Assembly: GCA_025356615.1 (NCBI GenBank)
Contig: JANXSH010001052.1
Span: forward strand, 1-34,062
Direction of reading: 5' to 3'
Source: Planctomycetia bacterium
GTDB taxonomy: Bacteria > Planctomycetota > Planctomycetia > Gemmatales > Gemmataceae
Length of the DNA stretch: 34,062 bases
The notes below the pieces were generated by a model, which saw only the letters and a program-made list of their open reading frames with translations, searched no databases and was not told the DNA's origin. A program made the position numbers and the translations under genes. Below, one piece after another: positions 16,508 to 25,102 of this stretch. Numbering within the stretch: position 1 is the first letter of the stretch; every line of letters begins with the position of its first letter.

Positions 16508-17269
16508 ATGCGAGGCGTCCTGTTCTCGATGCTCCTGGTCGGCGGATCGCTGCTCGCCACGGCTGGAGCGGCATGCGCCGAGGAATCCTTCCTCTATCAG
16601 CCCGCCTTCTGCATCGATCATGCGTTGCGCGGCCCGGCAGAAGCCTATCTTCCCCAGCCCGGCGATATCCTGTTGCGCCTGGACCGCTCGATTTTCTGGA
16701 GAGTCACGCACTACATGGCGCTGGCCTTCGACCCGAACGGCTCCGCCATCGTGTTCGCCCGGCCCGATGGCAGCCTGGCCATTCTCGAGGCCGGGCCGAA
16801 CGACACGCAATGGGTGGGGACCCTGGATCTGTTGCCTCACCTGCGAGAATACGAGGCCGTGGGAAGGGTGTGGATCCGCAAGCGGAAGGTGCCCCTGACC
16901 AAGGAGGAGTCGTGCCGGCTGACGGCGTTCGCCCTCGCGCAGGAGGGCAAACGCTTCGCCCTGATTCGCCTGGCCGGGCAGCTCACGCTGCTGCGGAGCC
17001 GAGGCCCGATCCGCACACACTTCATGGGCGAACCGCGCGGCGATCGCAAATCCTACTTCTGCTCCGAGTTGGTGTGCGAGTCGTGCGTCGCCGCCGGCCT
17101 GCTCGAGCGGGAGCGCACCCGCCCCTCCGCCACTTACCCGCGTGACCTCTTCTTCGGGCGGTCGTTCAATCCGGTCGTCGACCGCATGCTCGATGTGAAC
17201 TGCGGCTGGTATCCCCCGGCACGCTGGGTCTCCACTCCCGCCGGGAACTGCCCCTGCCTGAAGCCGTGA
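16508..17269 (+). CDS. YiiX/YaeF-like permuted papain-fold (NlpC/P60 superfamily) hydrolase, secreted
   Basis: The start is taken at the ATG at 16508, giving a signal-like N-terminus (MRGVLFSMLLVGGSLLATAGAACA). GDILL and the catalytic-Cys block KSYFCSELVCESCVAAGLL are present. The track ORF 16133..17269 has an implausible N-terminal extension. Confidence 0.7.
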   Translation: MRGVLFSMLLVGGSLLATAGAACAEESFLYQPAFCIDHALRGPAEAYLPQPGDILLRLDRSIFWRVTHYMALAFDPNGSAIVFARPDGSLAILEAGPNDTQWVGTLDLLPHLREYEAVGRVWIRKRKVPLTKEESCRLTAFALAQEGKRFALIRLAGQLTLLRSRGPIRTHFMGEPRGDRKSYFCSELVCESCVAAGLLERERTRPSATYPRDLFFGRSFNPVVDRMLDVNCGWYPPARWVSTPAGNCPCLKP

Positions 17270-17432
17270 CAGGACAAATCGGATCCCGGAAGCCGGGGGC
17301 ACGCGGGCGCGCAACCCGCATCGGGCGGCTGCCCTCGGGCACCCCCGGCTCGGTCGCAGCGCATTTTCGTTAGACAAGGCACGGCATGTGCGACGACCGT
17401 CATCCATCTCCGGGTTTTCCGGAAATCATGGG

Positions 17433-18611
17433 ATGGGGAGCAAGCGCATGAACCTTCGACTCTTGGGAATCACCGTGCTGTCCGCTGCCTTCGCTGTCGG
17501 CGGGGAGGAGCGGAAGCTCACTACCGCAGAGCCTGTCGGCACGATCGAGGCGGTGGCGACCTTCGACGGCCCGATGCCGACCGGCGTGACCGTGTCGCAC
17601 AAGGGCCGCATCTTCGTCAACTTCCCCCGCTGGGGGGACAAGGTGGAATTCACCGTCGCCGAGATGAAGGGCGGCAAGGCGGTCGCCTACCCGAACGAGG
17701 CATTCAACCGCCTCGACAAGGACCGCCCCGCCGAACGCCTCGTGTCGGTGCAGAGCGTGGTCGTCGATCCCGCCGACCGGCTCTGGATGTTGGACACGGG
17801 CAGCGTCGAGTTCGGCCCGACCTTGCCGGGCGGCCCGAAGCTGGTCGGCGTCGATCTCGCCACGAACAAGGTCTTCCGGTCGATCCCGTTCCCCCCCGAC
17901 GTGGCGCTGAAGACGACGTACCTCAACGACATCCGCTTCGACCTGCGCCGCGGCAAGTCGGGCGTCGCCTACATCACCGACTCCTCCCTGAACGGACCCA
18001 ACGGCATCATCGTCGTGGACCTGGAGACGGGCAAGAGCCGGCGGCGGCTCAACGACCACGCCTCGACCAAGGCGGACAAGGCGTTCCTTCCGATCGTCGA
18101 AGGGCGACCGCTGATGAACCGGCCCAAGGGGGGCGAGCCGACCCACATGACCTTCGGCGCGGACGGGATCGCGATCGGCCACGACGGCAAGTACCTCTAC
18201 TACTGTCCGCTCTCGAGTCGCCGCCTCTACCGCGTCGCCACGGAGGCCCTCCTGGACGAGAAGGCGACCGAGTCGGACGTGGCGAAGGCCGTGGAAGACC
18301 TGGGCGACCGGGGCTTCGCCTCCGACGGCCTGGAGTCCGACGACGAGGGGCGGATCTACCTGACGGACTACGAACACAACGCCATCCTCCGGCGGGGCGC
18401 GAACGGTCGCTACGAGACGCTGGTCTACGACCCGCGCGTGCTGTGGCCCGACACGATGTCCCTGGCGACGGACGGGCACCTCTACTTCACCGCGAACCAG
18501 TTGAACCGGCAGGCGCAGTTCCACGAGGACAAGGATCTGCGACGAAAGCCCTATGTGCTGTTCCGCGTGAAGGTCGATGGAGGCCCCGTTCTGCTGAAGC
18601 GCAAGGGCTGA
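17433..18611 (+). CDS. Major royal jelly protein / yellow family beta-propeller protein, secreted
   Basis: It has a signal-like N-terminus (MGSKRMNLRLLGITVLSAAFA). MRJP-like blocks include VAYITDSSLNGPNGIIVVDLETGKSRRRLNDH and HLYFTANQLNRQ. Confidence 0.75.
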   Translation: MGSKRMNLRLLGITVLSAAFAVGGEERKLTTAEPVGTIEAVATFDGPMPTGVTVSHKGRIFVNFPRWGDKVEFTVAEMKGGKAVAYPNEAFNRLDKDRPAERLVSVQSVVVDPADRLWMLDTGSVEFGPTLPGGPKLVGVDLATNKVFRSIPFPPDVALKTTYLNDIRFDLRRGKSGVAYITDSSLNGPNGIIVVDLETGKSRRRLNDHASTKADKAFLPIVEGRPLMNRPKGGEPTHMTFGADGIAIGHDGKYLYYCPLSSRRLYRVATEALLDEKATESDVAKAVEDLGDRGFASDGLESDDEGRIYLTDYEHNAILRRGANGRYETLVYDPRVLWPDTMSLATDGHLYFTANQLNRQAQFHEDKDLRRKPYVLFRVKVDGGPVLLKRKG

Positions 18612-18617
18612 CCGAAG

Positions 18618-18669
18618 GTAGGCCCCGCGAGCCGAGCGGGGCTGGTCCGGCTCGACTCGCCGGACCTAC
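18618..18669. repeat. REP-like 52-nt hairpin element, copy 2
   Basis: The same element as 13398..13449 with one substitution (GCTCGACTCGCC). It begins 7 nt after the MRJP gene's stop codon and is followed by a C-run, as in copy 1. Confidence 0.75.
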
Positions 18670-18811
18670 TTCTATTATTCCCCCCCCTTCGTTCCGGCGA
18701 TCGGCCCGAGGTTTGGGGATGGTAGGGTTTTTTAGGCGTGAGGGAGTATACCAACCTAACCGATGATGCGTTCCTTCGCCGGCCTGAAGCACCCCGCGTA
18801 ACGGAAACCCC

Positions 18812-20026
18812 ATGGACGTACCCCCTGTCAAGCCTCCGATACCATCGACCCCCTCCCACGCCGACCTGGAAATCAAGGACGCCCAGCTGATCTTTTCGGC
18901 CGTCTGGGCCGACCTGGAGGAGCAGCACGGCCGCGACAAGTTGCGGTTCCCCCGCGAGTTCATCTGGCTCGGCGGCGCGCCGGGCGCGGGCAAGGGAACC
19001 AACACCCCCTTCATCGCCGAGGCGCGCGGCATTACCGCCCCGTCGATCGTCATGAGCGACCTGCTGACCAGCCCTCACGCCCTGGCGATCAAGAACGCCG
19101 GCAAGTTGGTGGAGAACCGCGAGGTGATCGGGCTGCTCTTCGAGGAGTTGCTCTCCCCGCGCTACCACGAGGGCGTCATCATCGACGGCTTCCCCCGCAC
19201 CAAGGTGCAGGTGGAGTGCCTCAAACTGTTCTACCACGAGATGCTGACCCTGCACAGCGAGTACCGCTCCACGCAACTCTCCCGCTACTTCCGCAAGCCG
19301 ATGTTCCGCATCGCGCTACTCTTCGTGAGCGAGGAGGTAAGCGTCCAGCGCCAGTTGAAGCGCGGCACGGAAATCGAGGCGAACAACCGGCAGGTGCGAG
19401 AGTCGGGCAAGGGTCAACTGCTGGAACTCCGGGCCACGGACATCGACCCCAGCCTCTGCCGGAACCGCTACCGGATGTTCAAGGAGACCACGTTCGACGC
19501 GCTACAATCGTTGCGGAAGATCTTCCACTTCCACTTCATCGACGCCGAGAACGCCCTGCCCGAGGTGCAGCAGAACATCTCGCAGGAGTTCAGCTACCAG
19601 AGTTCGCTGGAACTGAGTCCCGAGGTGTACGAGCTGATCCGCGACATCCCGGCCGCCAGCCAACTGGCGCTGCACGCACGCCAGGAGTTGGTCGAACGCC
19701 TCGAACTGTACGAGGAGCAACACCGGCCCCTGTTCGAGCGGGTGGTCAAGCTCGTCCAGGATAAGATGATCCCGATCGTGCGGACCCACGCGATCTCCGG
19801 TCACGCCCGCATCAACCGCGAGGACGAGTTATGGGATGACCCTTTGGCCCTGCGCATCATGATCGATGTCCTCTCGGAACGCGGGTTCCACGCGACCGTA
19901 GACATCCACCGCATGGACGTGCCCGAGCGGATCAACCCGGACACCCGGGAAATCATCTGCCGAACCAAGAAGGTCTATCGCATCGAAATTCGCTACCAGG
20001 CGTCCGACATCCGGCGCGGGCACTGA
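18812..20026 (+). CDS. Adenylate-kinase-family NMP kinase domain fused to an uncharacterised C-terminal region of about 200 aa
   Basis: The P-loop is LGGAPGAGKGT. An NMP-binding-like stretch and the IIDGFPRT block are present. The last 200 aa or so (…HARINREDELWDDPLALRIMIDVLSERGFHATVDIH…) carry no motif I recognise. Confidence 0.75.
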   Translation: MDVPPVKPPIPSTPSHADLEIKDAQLIFSAVWADLEEQHGRDKLRFPREFIWLGGAPGAGKGTNTPFIAEARGITAPSIVMSDLLTSPHALAIKNAGKLVENREVIGLLFEELLSPRYHEGVIIDGFPRTKVQVECLKLFYHEMLTLHSEYRSTQLSRYFRKPMFRIALLFVSEEVSVQRQLKRGTEIEANNRQVRESGKGQLLELRATDIDPSLCRNRYRMFKETTFDALQSLRKIFHFHFIDAENALPEVQQNISQEFSYQSSLELSPEVYELIRDIPAASQLALHARQELVERLELYEEQHRPLFERVVKLVQDKMIPIVRTHAISGHARINREDELWDDPLALRIMIDVLSERGFHATVDIHRMDVPERINPDTREIICRTKKVYRIEIRYQASDIRRGH

Positions 20027-20241
20027 GCATATCGCCCTACGAGGTTCGAGTCCCCCCGACCGTGGGGCCGAACGCCGCCGACGACGACGAGAGTTCGGTC
20101 ACGGAGACGGTTCGGGTAGAGCAGCGCTGACGAGGGCCAATCGGAAAAGAATCGCCCAGTGGACGCTTCCGCGAGGTGGCTGTGCTTTGTACGATAATCC
20201 GCATCCTCTCGAGTAGCCAGTCGCTTCCAAGGAGACCTCCT

Positions 20242-20745
20242 ATGGCCGAACTCTTCGGCAACTTCTACTTCTTGCTCTTCGGGAGGATCACCATCATGGT
20301 CGTGATCACGATACTCGCCACGGCGTGGACGACAACGCGCCAGGCGAATCTCGATGCCGACCTGAAACGCGACATGATCCAGCGCGGCATGTCAGCCGAG
20401 GACATCGAGCGCGTGATAGCTGCCTCGGCCAATTCCAACCCTCGAGACCAGCCATCGAGTGCCCAGGGCATCAGTGAGGACTCCCTCAACGAGGTCGTCT
20501 CGGTCCTCGGCCAAGTCGGCGCTTCGCCGGAGGTCATCGAGGAGGTGCTTTCGGCGTTTCGCTCTGCCGATGTGCCGACCCAGGAGGTCGTCTCCGAGGC
20601 GATCCAACACCTGGTCGAGAGCGCCGACGAGGTAACGGGTGAGCAGATCCTTGCGGTCGTCCGCGCTCTACGCCAGCAGAAAGAGGCCGCGAACGCCCAC
20701 CTCATTCCGATTCGCGACGAACGCATCAAAGCGGACGGGCAATGA
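20242..20745 (+). CDS. Hypothetical membrane-anchored acidic protein
   Basis: The ATG at 20242 has an AAGGAGA Shine-Dalgarno sequence. An N-terminal TM segment (FYFLLFGRITIMVVITILATAW) is followed by an acidic helical region. Confidence 0.6.
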   Translation: MAELFGNFYFLLFGRITIMVVITILATAWTTTRQANLDADLKRDMIQRGMSAEDIERVIAASANSNPRDQPSSAQGISEDSLNEVVSVLGQVGASPEVIEEVLSAFRSADVPTQEVVSEAIQHLVESADEVTGEQILAVVRALRQQKEAANAHLIPIRDERIKADGQ

Positions 20746-20749
20746 GAAC

Positions 20750-20768
20750 GAGGACATGCCCCGTCCTC
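20750..20768. terminator. Short hairpin between convergent genes
   Basis: GAGGAC-ATGCCCC-GTCCTC, followed on the + strand by ATTGTTGGCTTTCT. The stem is weak (6 bp). Confidence 0.3.
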
Positions 20769-20788
20769 ATTGTTGGCTTTCTGGCGGC

Positions 20789-22414
20789 TCACTCCGTCTC
20801 GGCGAACTCGGCGAGGCGCTGGCTGCGTAGGGGCTGGCGCAACTTGAGCAAGCCCCTCGCTTCGATCTGGCGGATGCGCTCGCGGGTGATGCCGTAGGCG
20901 CGGGCGACCTCCTCGAGCGTTTTGGGCTGGCCATCACGGAGGCCGAACCGCAGTTCGATCACCTCGCGTTCGCGCGGCGTGAGGGAGCGCAGCACCTCGC
21001 CGATGCGGTCGCGGAGCAGGTGTTGATCGACGGCCTTGCCGGGGTTGGTCGCGGACGGGTCGTCGAGGAAGTCCTCGAGGGCGCGTTCGCCGTCCCCGCC
21101 GAGCGGTTCGTGGAGACTCACCGGGTGCCGGGCGACGACGCGGAGGGACAGCGTCTCTTCGGCGGTGACGCCGAGGGCGGCGGCGATCTCCTCGATGGTC
21201 GGCTCGCGGCCCTGCGCGATGGACAACTCGCCCCGGACGCGCTCGACGCGGGCCAGCGCGCCGACCTGATGGCAGGGAACGCGGATCGTGCGGGCGTGGT
21301 CGGCCAGCGCGCGGGTGATGCCCTGACGGATCCACCAGGTGGCGTAGGTGCCGAACTTGAACAGGAGGCGGTGCTCGTACTTGTCCACCGCACGCATCAG
21401 GCCGCGATTGCCCTCCTGGATCAGGTCCGAGAAGGGCAGCCCTCGGCTGCGGTAGCGCTTGGCGATCGACACGACGAGGCGGAGGTTGCCCTCGGCCAGT
21501 TCGCGGCGGGCCTTCTGGTAGAGCCGGCGGCGCGTCTCGAGGATGGTGGCCCCGCGGGCGAGGTCGTCAGGCTCGGAGCGGGCCTCGTACATCAGTTCAC
21601 GGAGTTGCTTGTTCGCCTTGTTCCGGCGCTCGCGGTCGGCGGCGGAGTTCCCGCCCGCCTCGGCGAGGTGGGCCAGGTCGCTCATTTGGCGCGACAGGCC
21701 CCGCAGGTCGTCGGTCCAGTGGTCGAGCAGGTCGATCCGGGGGGACAATTCCTCGGCCAGGCGGCGCGTCTTGTAGAGCTTGCGCCACAGTTGGCGGCGC
21801 AGGCGGGCGCGGGAGGCGGCGGAGGTCGCCTTGAGCATGTCGCGGAAGTCGGCGTCGGCCTCGCGGACGAGGGTCCGCATCGTCGGGATGTGGTGCGGCA
21901 TCCGCTTGAGGATGTTCTCGCGGGTCAGGCCGAGCGTGTTGACCACGTCGATCGTGGGGTCGAGCGCCAGGTCGCCGTGCAGGACGCGGTCGAACGCCTC
22001 GACGACCTTGGCCAGGGTGCGCCAGGACGAGAGGGCGGCATGCCGGTAGCGCGAGCGTCGCATCTCGAGTTGCTGGGCGAGGTGCAATTCCTGCTTGCGG
22101 TTGAGCAGCGGGATGGCCCCCATCTGACGAAGGTAGAGGCCCAGCGCGTCGTCGGGCGAGTGCGAATCGTCTTCCGGTTCCTCGACCTCGCCGACGGGCA
22201 ACTCATCGACGAGCGGCGGCTCGCCGTCACGCGGCACGGCGAGGACATCGTATTCGGATTCCGTGCCGTCCCCGAAGAGGCCACGCCCCTCGTTCTGGGG
22301 GCGCTCGGCGACTTCCGGTTCGTGGTCGAAGCCGACCGCGTCCTCGAAGGGTTGTGGGAGGGGTTGGGCCACGGGGGGCCGACCTCCTCGTTTAGTAGTG
22401 CGTTGTGTTGGCAT
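20789..22414 (-). CDS. rpoD: Primary-type sigma-70 factor (RpoD/SigA-like) with an acidic N-terminal extension
   Basis: The region 2 sequence is [49 protein letters not shown]. The region 4.2 sequence is [28 protein letters not shown]. The start is taken at the ATG at 22414 ([11 protein letters not shown]...). Confidence 0.9.
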   Translation of the reverse strand: MPTQRTTKRGGRPPVAQPLPQPFEDAVGFDHEPEVAERPQNEGRGLFGDGTESEYDVLAVPRDGEPPLVDELPVGEVEEPEDDSHSPDDALGLYLRQMGAIPLLNRKQELHLAQQLEMRRSRYRHAALSSWRTLAKVVEAFDRVLHGDLALDPTIDVVNTLGLTRENILKRMPHHIPTMRTLVREADADFRDMLKATSAASRARLRRQLWRKLYKTRRLAEELSPRIDLLDHWTDDLRGLSRQMSDLAHLAEAGGNSAADRERRNKANKQLRELMYEARSEPDDLARGATILETRRRLYQKARRELAEGNLRLVVSIAKRYRSRGLPFSDLIQEGNRGLMRAVDKYEHRLLFKFGTYATWWIRQGITRALADHARTIRVPCHQVGALARVERVRGELSIAQGREPTIEEIAAALGVTAEETLSLRVVARHPVSLHEPLGGDGERALEDFLDDPSATNPGKAVDQHLLRDRIGEVLRSLTPREREVIELRFGLRDGQPKTLEEVARAYGITRERIRQIEARGLLKLRQPLRSQRLAEFAETE

Positions 22415-22579
22415 GAGCTTCCGTCCTGTCGTAATGTCTCGAATCCTTGAAACCAGCAAGCAAAAGGACCGCCTTCGATTCCACCCATTCGTGTCCTCGG
22501 ACAGGACTCGTGCGAAGATGCGATGGGAGTGAGGTACGGTGGCGTAAGTGCCGGTGCGATTGCGATCCTGCAATCGCCG

Positions 22580-22652
22580 CCAGGAGTTTTATCGTCCGCA
22601 TGGTCCCTCACCGGACAGTATCGGTGAGGGTTGCGTCCGGTGCTACTCCTGG
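22580..22652 (-). promoter_or_regulatory. Structured element in the putative rpoD 5' leader
   Basis: The helices are nested. The outer pair is CCAGGAGT (22580..22587) with ACTCCTGG (22645..22652). The inner pair is CCCTCACCG (22605..22613) with CGGTGAGGG (22622..22630), a perfect 9-bp stem with an 8-nt loop. A minus-strand TATAAT lies at 22686..22681, upstream of the element. Confidence 0.35.
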
Positions 22653-23155
22653 TCCTAACAAGGAATCCACCCAATATAGGATTATAGGCCCTCTCTGGAA
22701 GAGGTGCCTCACAAAATGTTCACGTTCGATACGAATACGAACGGGGAAGAGGAAAGAACCACAGAATCACAGAGGAATACACAGACAGAAAGTTGAGTAG
22801 TGTGCGGGTGAGTGAACGCCCCGTATTCTCTCCTCTACAACTATATTCTACGCATGCCGACTTGCTTCGTGATACGATTTCATCGCCTTCTCCTGGGAAA
22901 TCGGCCCCCGAAACGGCCATTCTTTCGACCATCCGTCGCGTCTGAGGTGCGTAGAGGAGCGCCACCCCACCGTCTGGAACTCGCTACCCCGTTCGGCTGG
23001 GCCTCGCTTCGTTCGCCTGGGCCGTCGTCGGTAGGGTTCTCGCCGCCTCCGCCCCGTGCCTGGCGTTCTTCCCCAACGTCGAAGTTTGCAGCTGGTCTTG
23101 CTGACCTGGATCTGAACCACGCCCCTACGGATACGGACTGGGTCTCTGTCGTCCT

Positions 23156-23590
23156 CTATAGCGGTCGCTTCATCACGAAGACGACAATGCCATAGAGGTC
23201 GCCCTCCAAATCATGCAAATCGTGTTCGATGTCTTCCGCCTTGCCGAGTTTGCTCGTCCAACGGCCACTCGGCAGCTGGCGTGCGGCATGAGTTGGCCGG
23301 TCGAGCGCGTCGGCGAACAAAGCAACTTTCTCGAAACCAGGTTCCGCGTCCTCGCCCGAGCAATCGACGTAGCCGAGGGTTGCGAAAGCGGCACAGAATG
23401 CCTCCCGCGTCCGGACTCGCGCCAGGCCGTCAGGCCAATGGGCTTCGGCTGGATTTTCCAACGGCCACCACCAATGGTTCGTAACGCCAGCGGCCCAGGC
23501 GATGCAGTTGTAGACGGGATCGCGTAGGCTCGTCACTCGGAAAGAGCTTGTGCCCAGTTTGGGGAAAAGAGCCTTGATATGCTCTACCAT
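23156..23590 (-). CDS. Hypothetical protein, 144 aa, with a possible Cys/His hydrolase signature
   Basis: The ATG at 23590 (MVEHIKALF...) overlaps the upstream gene's stop by 7 nt (ATGGTAG). Conserved-looking blocks are PVYNCIAWAAG, HWWWP, PTHAARQL and RWTSKLGK. The functional assignment is speculative. Confidence 0.65.
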   Translation of the reverse strand: MVEHIKALFPKLGTSSFRVTSLRDPVYNCIAWAAGVTNHWWWPLENPAEAHWPDGLARVRTREAFCAAFATLGYVDCSGEDAEPGFEKVALFADALDRPTHAARQLPSGRWTSKLGKAEDIEHDLHDLEGDLYGIVVFVMKRPL

Positions 23591-23922
23591 TGGTAGCCGT
23601 TCTCCCGCCCCCAGCGCAACCAGGCTTCGCTCATTTTGCGCAGGTTGCCACCATCGGCTAGTGGAACCGGATTGGCACCTGTGATCCGCGCGAGCGCCCA
23701 GACCCACTGACGCGGTCCCTTCTCCAGGTCATGAAGCATAAACGGGATGACGGCTTCGCCAAGCGAGAGGATCTCCTGAAACGTAGGATGCTCGATGATC
23801 CGGTGCGAGTCGGAGAGAAACAACGTCTCCGCTTCCCACTTGGCTTCGAGTCGGCGAAACCGTTGCTCGAGGCTCTCGAGTGGTTGGATCGACAGGGTGT
23901 GTTCGATAGCACTCGTGACCAT
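23584..23922 (-). CDS. Hypothetical protein, 112 aa
   Basis: The ATG has an AGGGAGAAA Shine-Dalgarno sequence (MVTSAIEHTL...). The C-terminal block is QWVWALARITGANPVP...AWLRWGRENGYQW. It is translationally coupled to 23156..23590. Confidence 0.65.
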   Translation of the reverse strand: MVTSAIEHTLSIQPLESLEQRFRRLEAKWEAETLFLSDSHRIIEHPTFQEILSLGEAVIPFMLHDLEKGPRQWVWALARITGANPVPLADGGNLRKMSEAWLRWGRENGYQW

Positions 23923-23964
23923 GCCAATTTCTCCCTTACTCGGGTGAGGCGAACTCTCGAGTAG

Positions 23965-23970
23965 ATTCTA
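23965..23970 (-). promoter_or_regulatory. Candidate -10 box (TAGAAT) for the 23922..23156 operon
   Basis: The minus strand reads GGTAGAATCTACTCGAG, placing the hexamer about 43 nt upstream of the ATG at 23922. It lies inside the palindrome GTAGAATCTAC. Confidence 0.35.
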
Positions 23971-24104
23971 CCTGTTTTTCTCACCCTCGCCACTCCGAAT
24001 CAGTCTACGATCGATGTCGTCGAACTGCTCGATCACGGCGGCCCGCTTGGCCAAGAGAATCGTCGCGCTGACGATCATCGGGTTTTCCTATCAGGTCTTT
24101 CGAG

Positions 24105-24110
24105 TAGAAT
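24105..24110 (+). promoter_or_regulatory. Candidate -10 box (TAGAAT) within the conserved leader of PD-(D/E)xK paralog A
   Basis: TCGAGTAGAATGCCGGTATCGGTGTCTCGAG lies 38 nt upstream of the ATG at 24148. The same leader recurs before paralog B. Confidence 0.4.
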
Positions 24111-24147
24111 GCCGGTATCGGTGTCTCGAGGATGAGGAGGAATCGCG

Positions 24148-24774
24148 ATGGCATTTGGCGGATTCAAAAGTCTCGGTGCGGTCGCGCTGACGTATCAGAT
24201 CGTGCTGCGGCCCGAGCCGTTCGTCCAGCCGGTTCCCATGGTCGTGGACGAGGCGTTTCGGCGACGGCTGGAATTCGACCGGCTGAACGCTCCCGTCACT
24301 GTCTCCGAGCAAGCGATTTCGGAGTTCCTGATCGCCCCCGTACTCCAAGAGATGTGGCGGGCCTACAGCGATTCCCTGATGATCTGGAGCCATGTCGCTT
24401 TCGGAGAAGCGTTACCGTTGAAGGGCTTTCCCGATTACTTCTTCGCGAAGCGGTCTCCCCTGGGGCGGGTTCTCGATCAGCCCTATGTGCTATTCGTCGA
24501 AGTCAAGAGCGACGATTTCGATGCCGCCTGGGCCCAATGCCTGGCGGCCATGCTCGCCGCGCAACAGATGAACAAGCAGCCGGACCAGGTGATCTTTGGC
24601 AGTGCCTCCAGCGGCGAAGTCTGGTTCTTCGCCAAACTGGAAGGCAAGACGCTTCTCCAGGATCCCCGTTTGTTCACCGTGTCTCATCTCGACGAGCTGT
24701 TCAGCGCCTTGAATTACGTGTTCCAGCAAGCCAAACAAGAGGCACTATCCGCCACTGCGGGAGGCAGCTCCTGA
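24148..24774 (+). CDS. PD-(D/E)xK nuclease-fold protein (HsdR-N-terminal-domain-like), paralog A
   Basis: 208 aa. The motifs are SEQAISEFLIAPVL, GFPDYFF (D96), LFVEVKSDD (E118-x-K120) and WAQCLAAMLAAQ. I estimate about 90% identity to 25420..26043. Confidence 0.75.
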   Translation: MAFGGFKSLGAVALTYQIVLRPEPFVQPVPMVVDEAFRRRLEFDRLNAPVTVSEQAISEFLIAPVLQEMWRAYSDSLMIWSHVAFGEALPLKGFPDYFFAKRSPLGRVLDQPYVLFVEVKSDDFDAAWAQCLAAMLAAQQMNKQPDQVIFGSASSGEVWFFAKLEGKTLLQDPRLFTVSHLDELFSALNYVFQQAKQEALSATAGGSS

Positions 24775-24850
24775 ACGGACAGTATCCCAAGAAGCAGCTG
24801 CGGCCCAGTCTGCTTCGATAAACGAGATCGCCAGGATAGGAGAACCGATC

Positions 24851-25102
24851 ATGCTGACCGAATACCTTGGTGCCGCGATGCACCAGGCCATGTATGACCT
24901 GTTGCCGGATGGCGAGGGCTATTATGGCGAAATCAACGCATTCCCAGGAGTTTGGGCTAATGCGCCGACTCTGGAACTCTGCCGTGAGGAACTGCGCCAT
25001 GCCCTAGAAGGTTGGGTTGTTTTGGGGTTGCGGCTCGGCCATACTCTGCCCGTGCTCGGCGGAATCGATCTGAACGCGCCCCTGGTTGCGGAGACCGTAT
25101 AA
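24851..25102 (+). CDS. hicB: HicB-like antitoxin (UPF0150 fold)
   Basis: YYGEINAFPGVWANAPTLELCREELRHALEGWV follows the HicB N-terminal-domain pattern. It has an AGGAGAA Shine-Dalgarno sequence. Its stop overlaps the next gene's start (TAATG). Confidence 0.7.
   Translation: MLTEYLGAAMHQAMYDLLPDGEGYYGEINAFPGVWANAPTLELCREELRHALEGWVVLGLRLGHTLPVLGGIDLNAPLVAETV

Noticed and set aside
20041-20070. T-loop-like motif CGAGGTTCGAGTCCCCCCGACCG after the kinase-like gene (possible tRNA 3' fragment or att remnant); a similar GCGAGGTTCGATCC occurs at 3436..3449
   Set aside because: The 5' T-stem strand is not complementary, and there is no D-arm or matching acceptor strand nearby. GGTTCGA-type strings are expected occasionally in TCGA-rich high-GC DNA. 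It could be a decayed copy of unit 1, but the evidence is too thin.
22749-22779. Short iterated CACAGA-like purine-rich units as a possible CRISPR or tandem repeat
   Set aside because: The units are only 6-8 nt, imperfect and contiguous, with no spacers. No cas genes are present. This is a low-complexity microsatellite-like stretch, not an array.
23968-24078. 36-aa minus-strand ORF (MIVSATILLAKRAAVIEQFDDIDRRLIRSGEGEKNR) upstream of the 112-aa gene
   Set aside because: It has no Shine-Dalgarno sequence and no recognisable family. Its stop codon overlaps the candidate -10 box of the downstream operon. It is too short to support from sequence alone.
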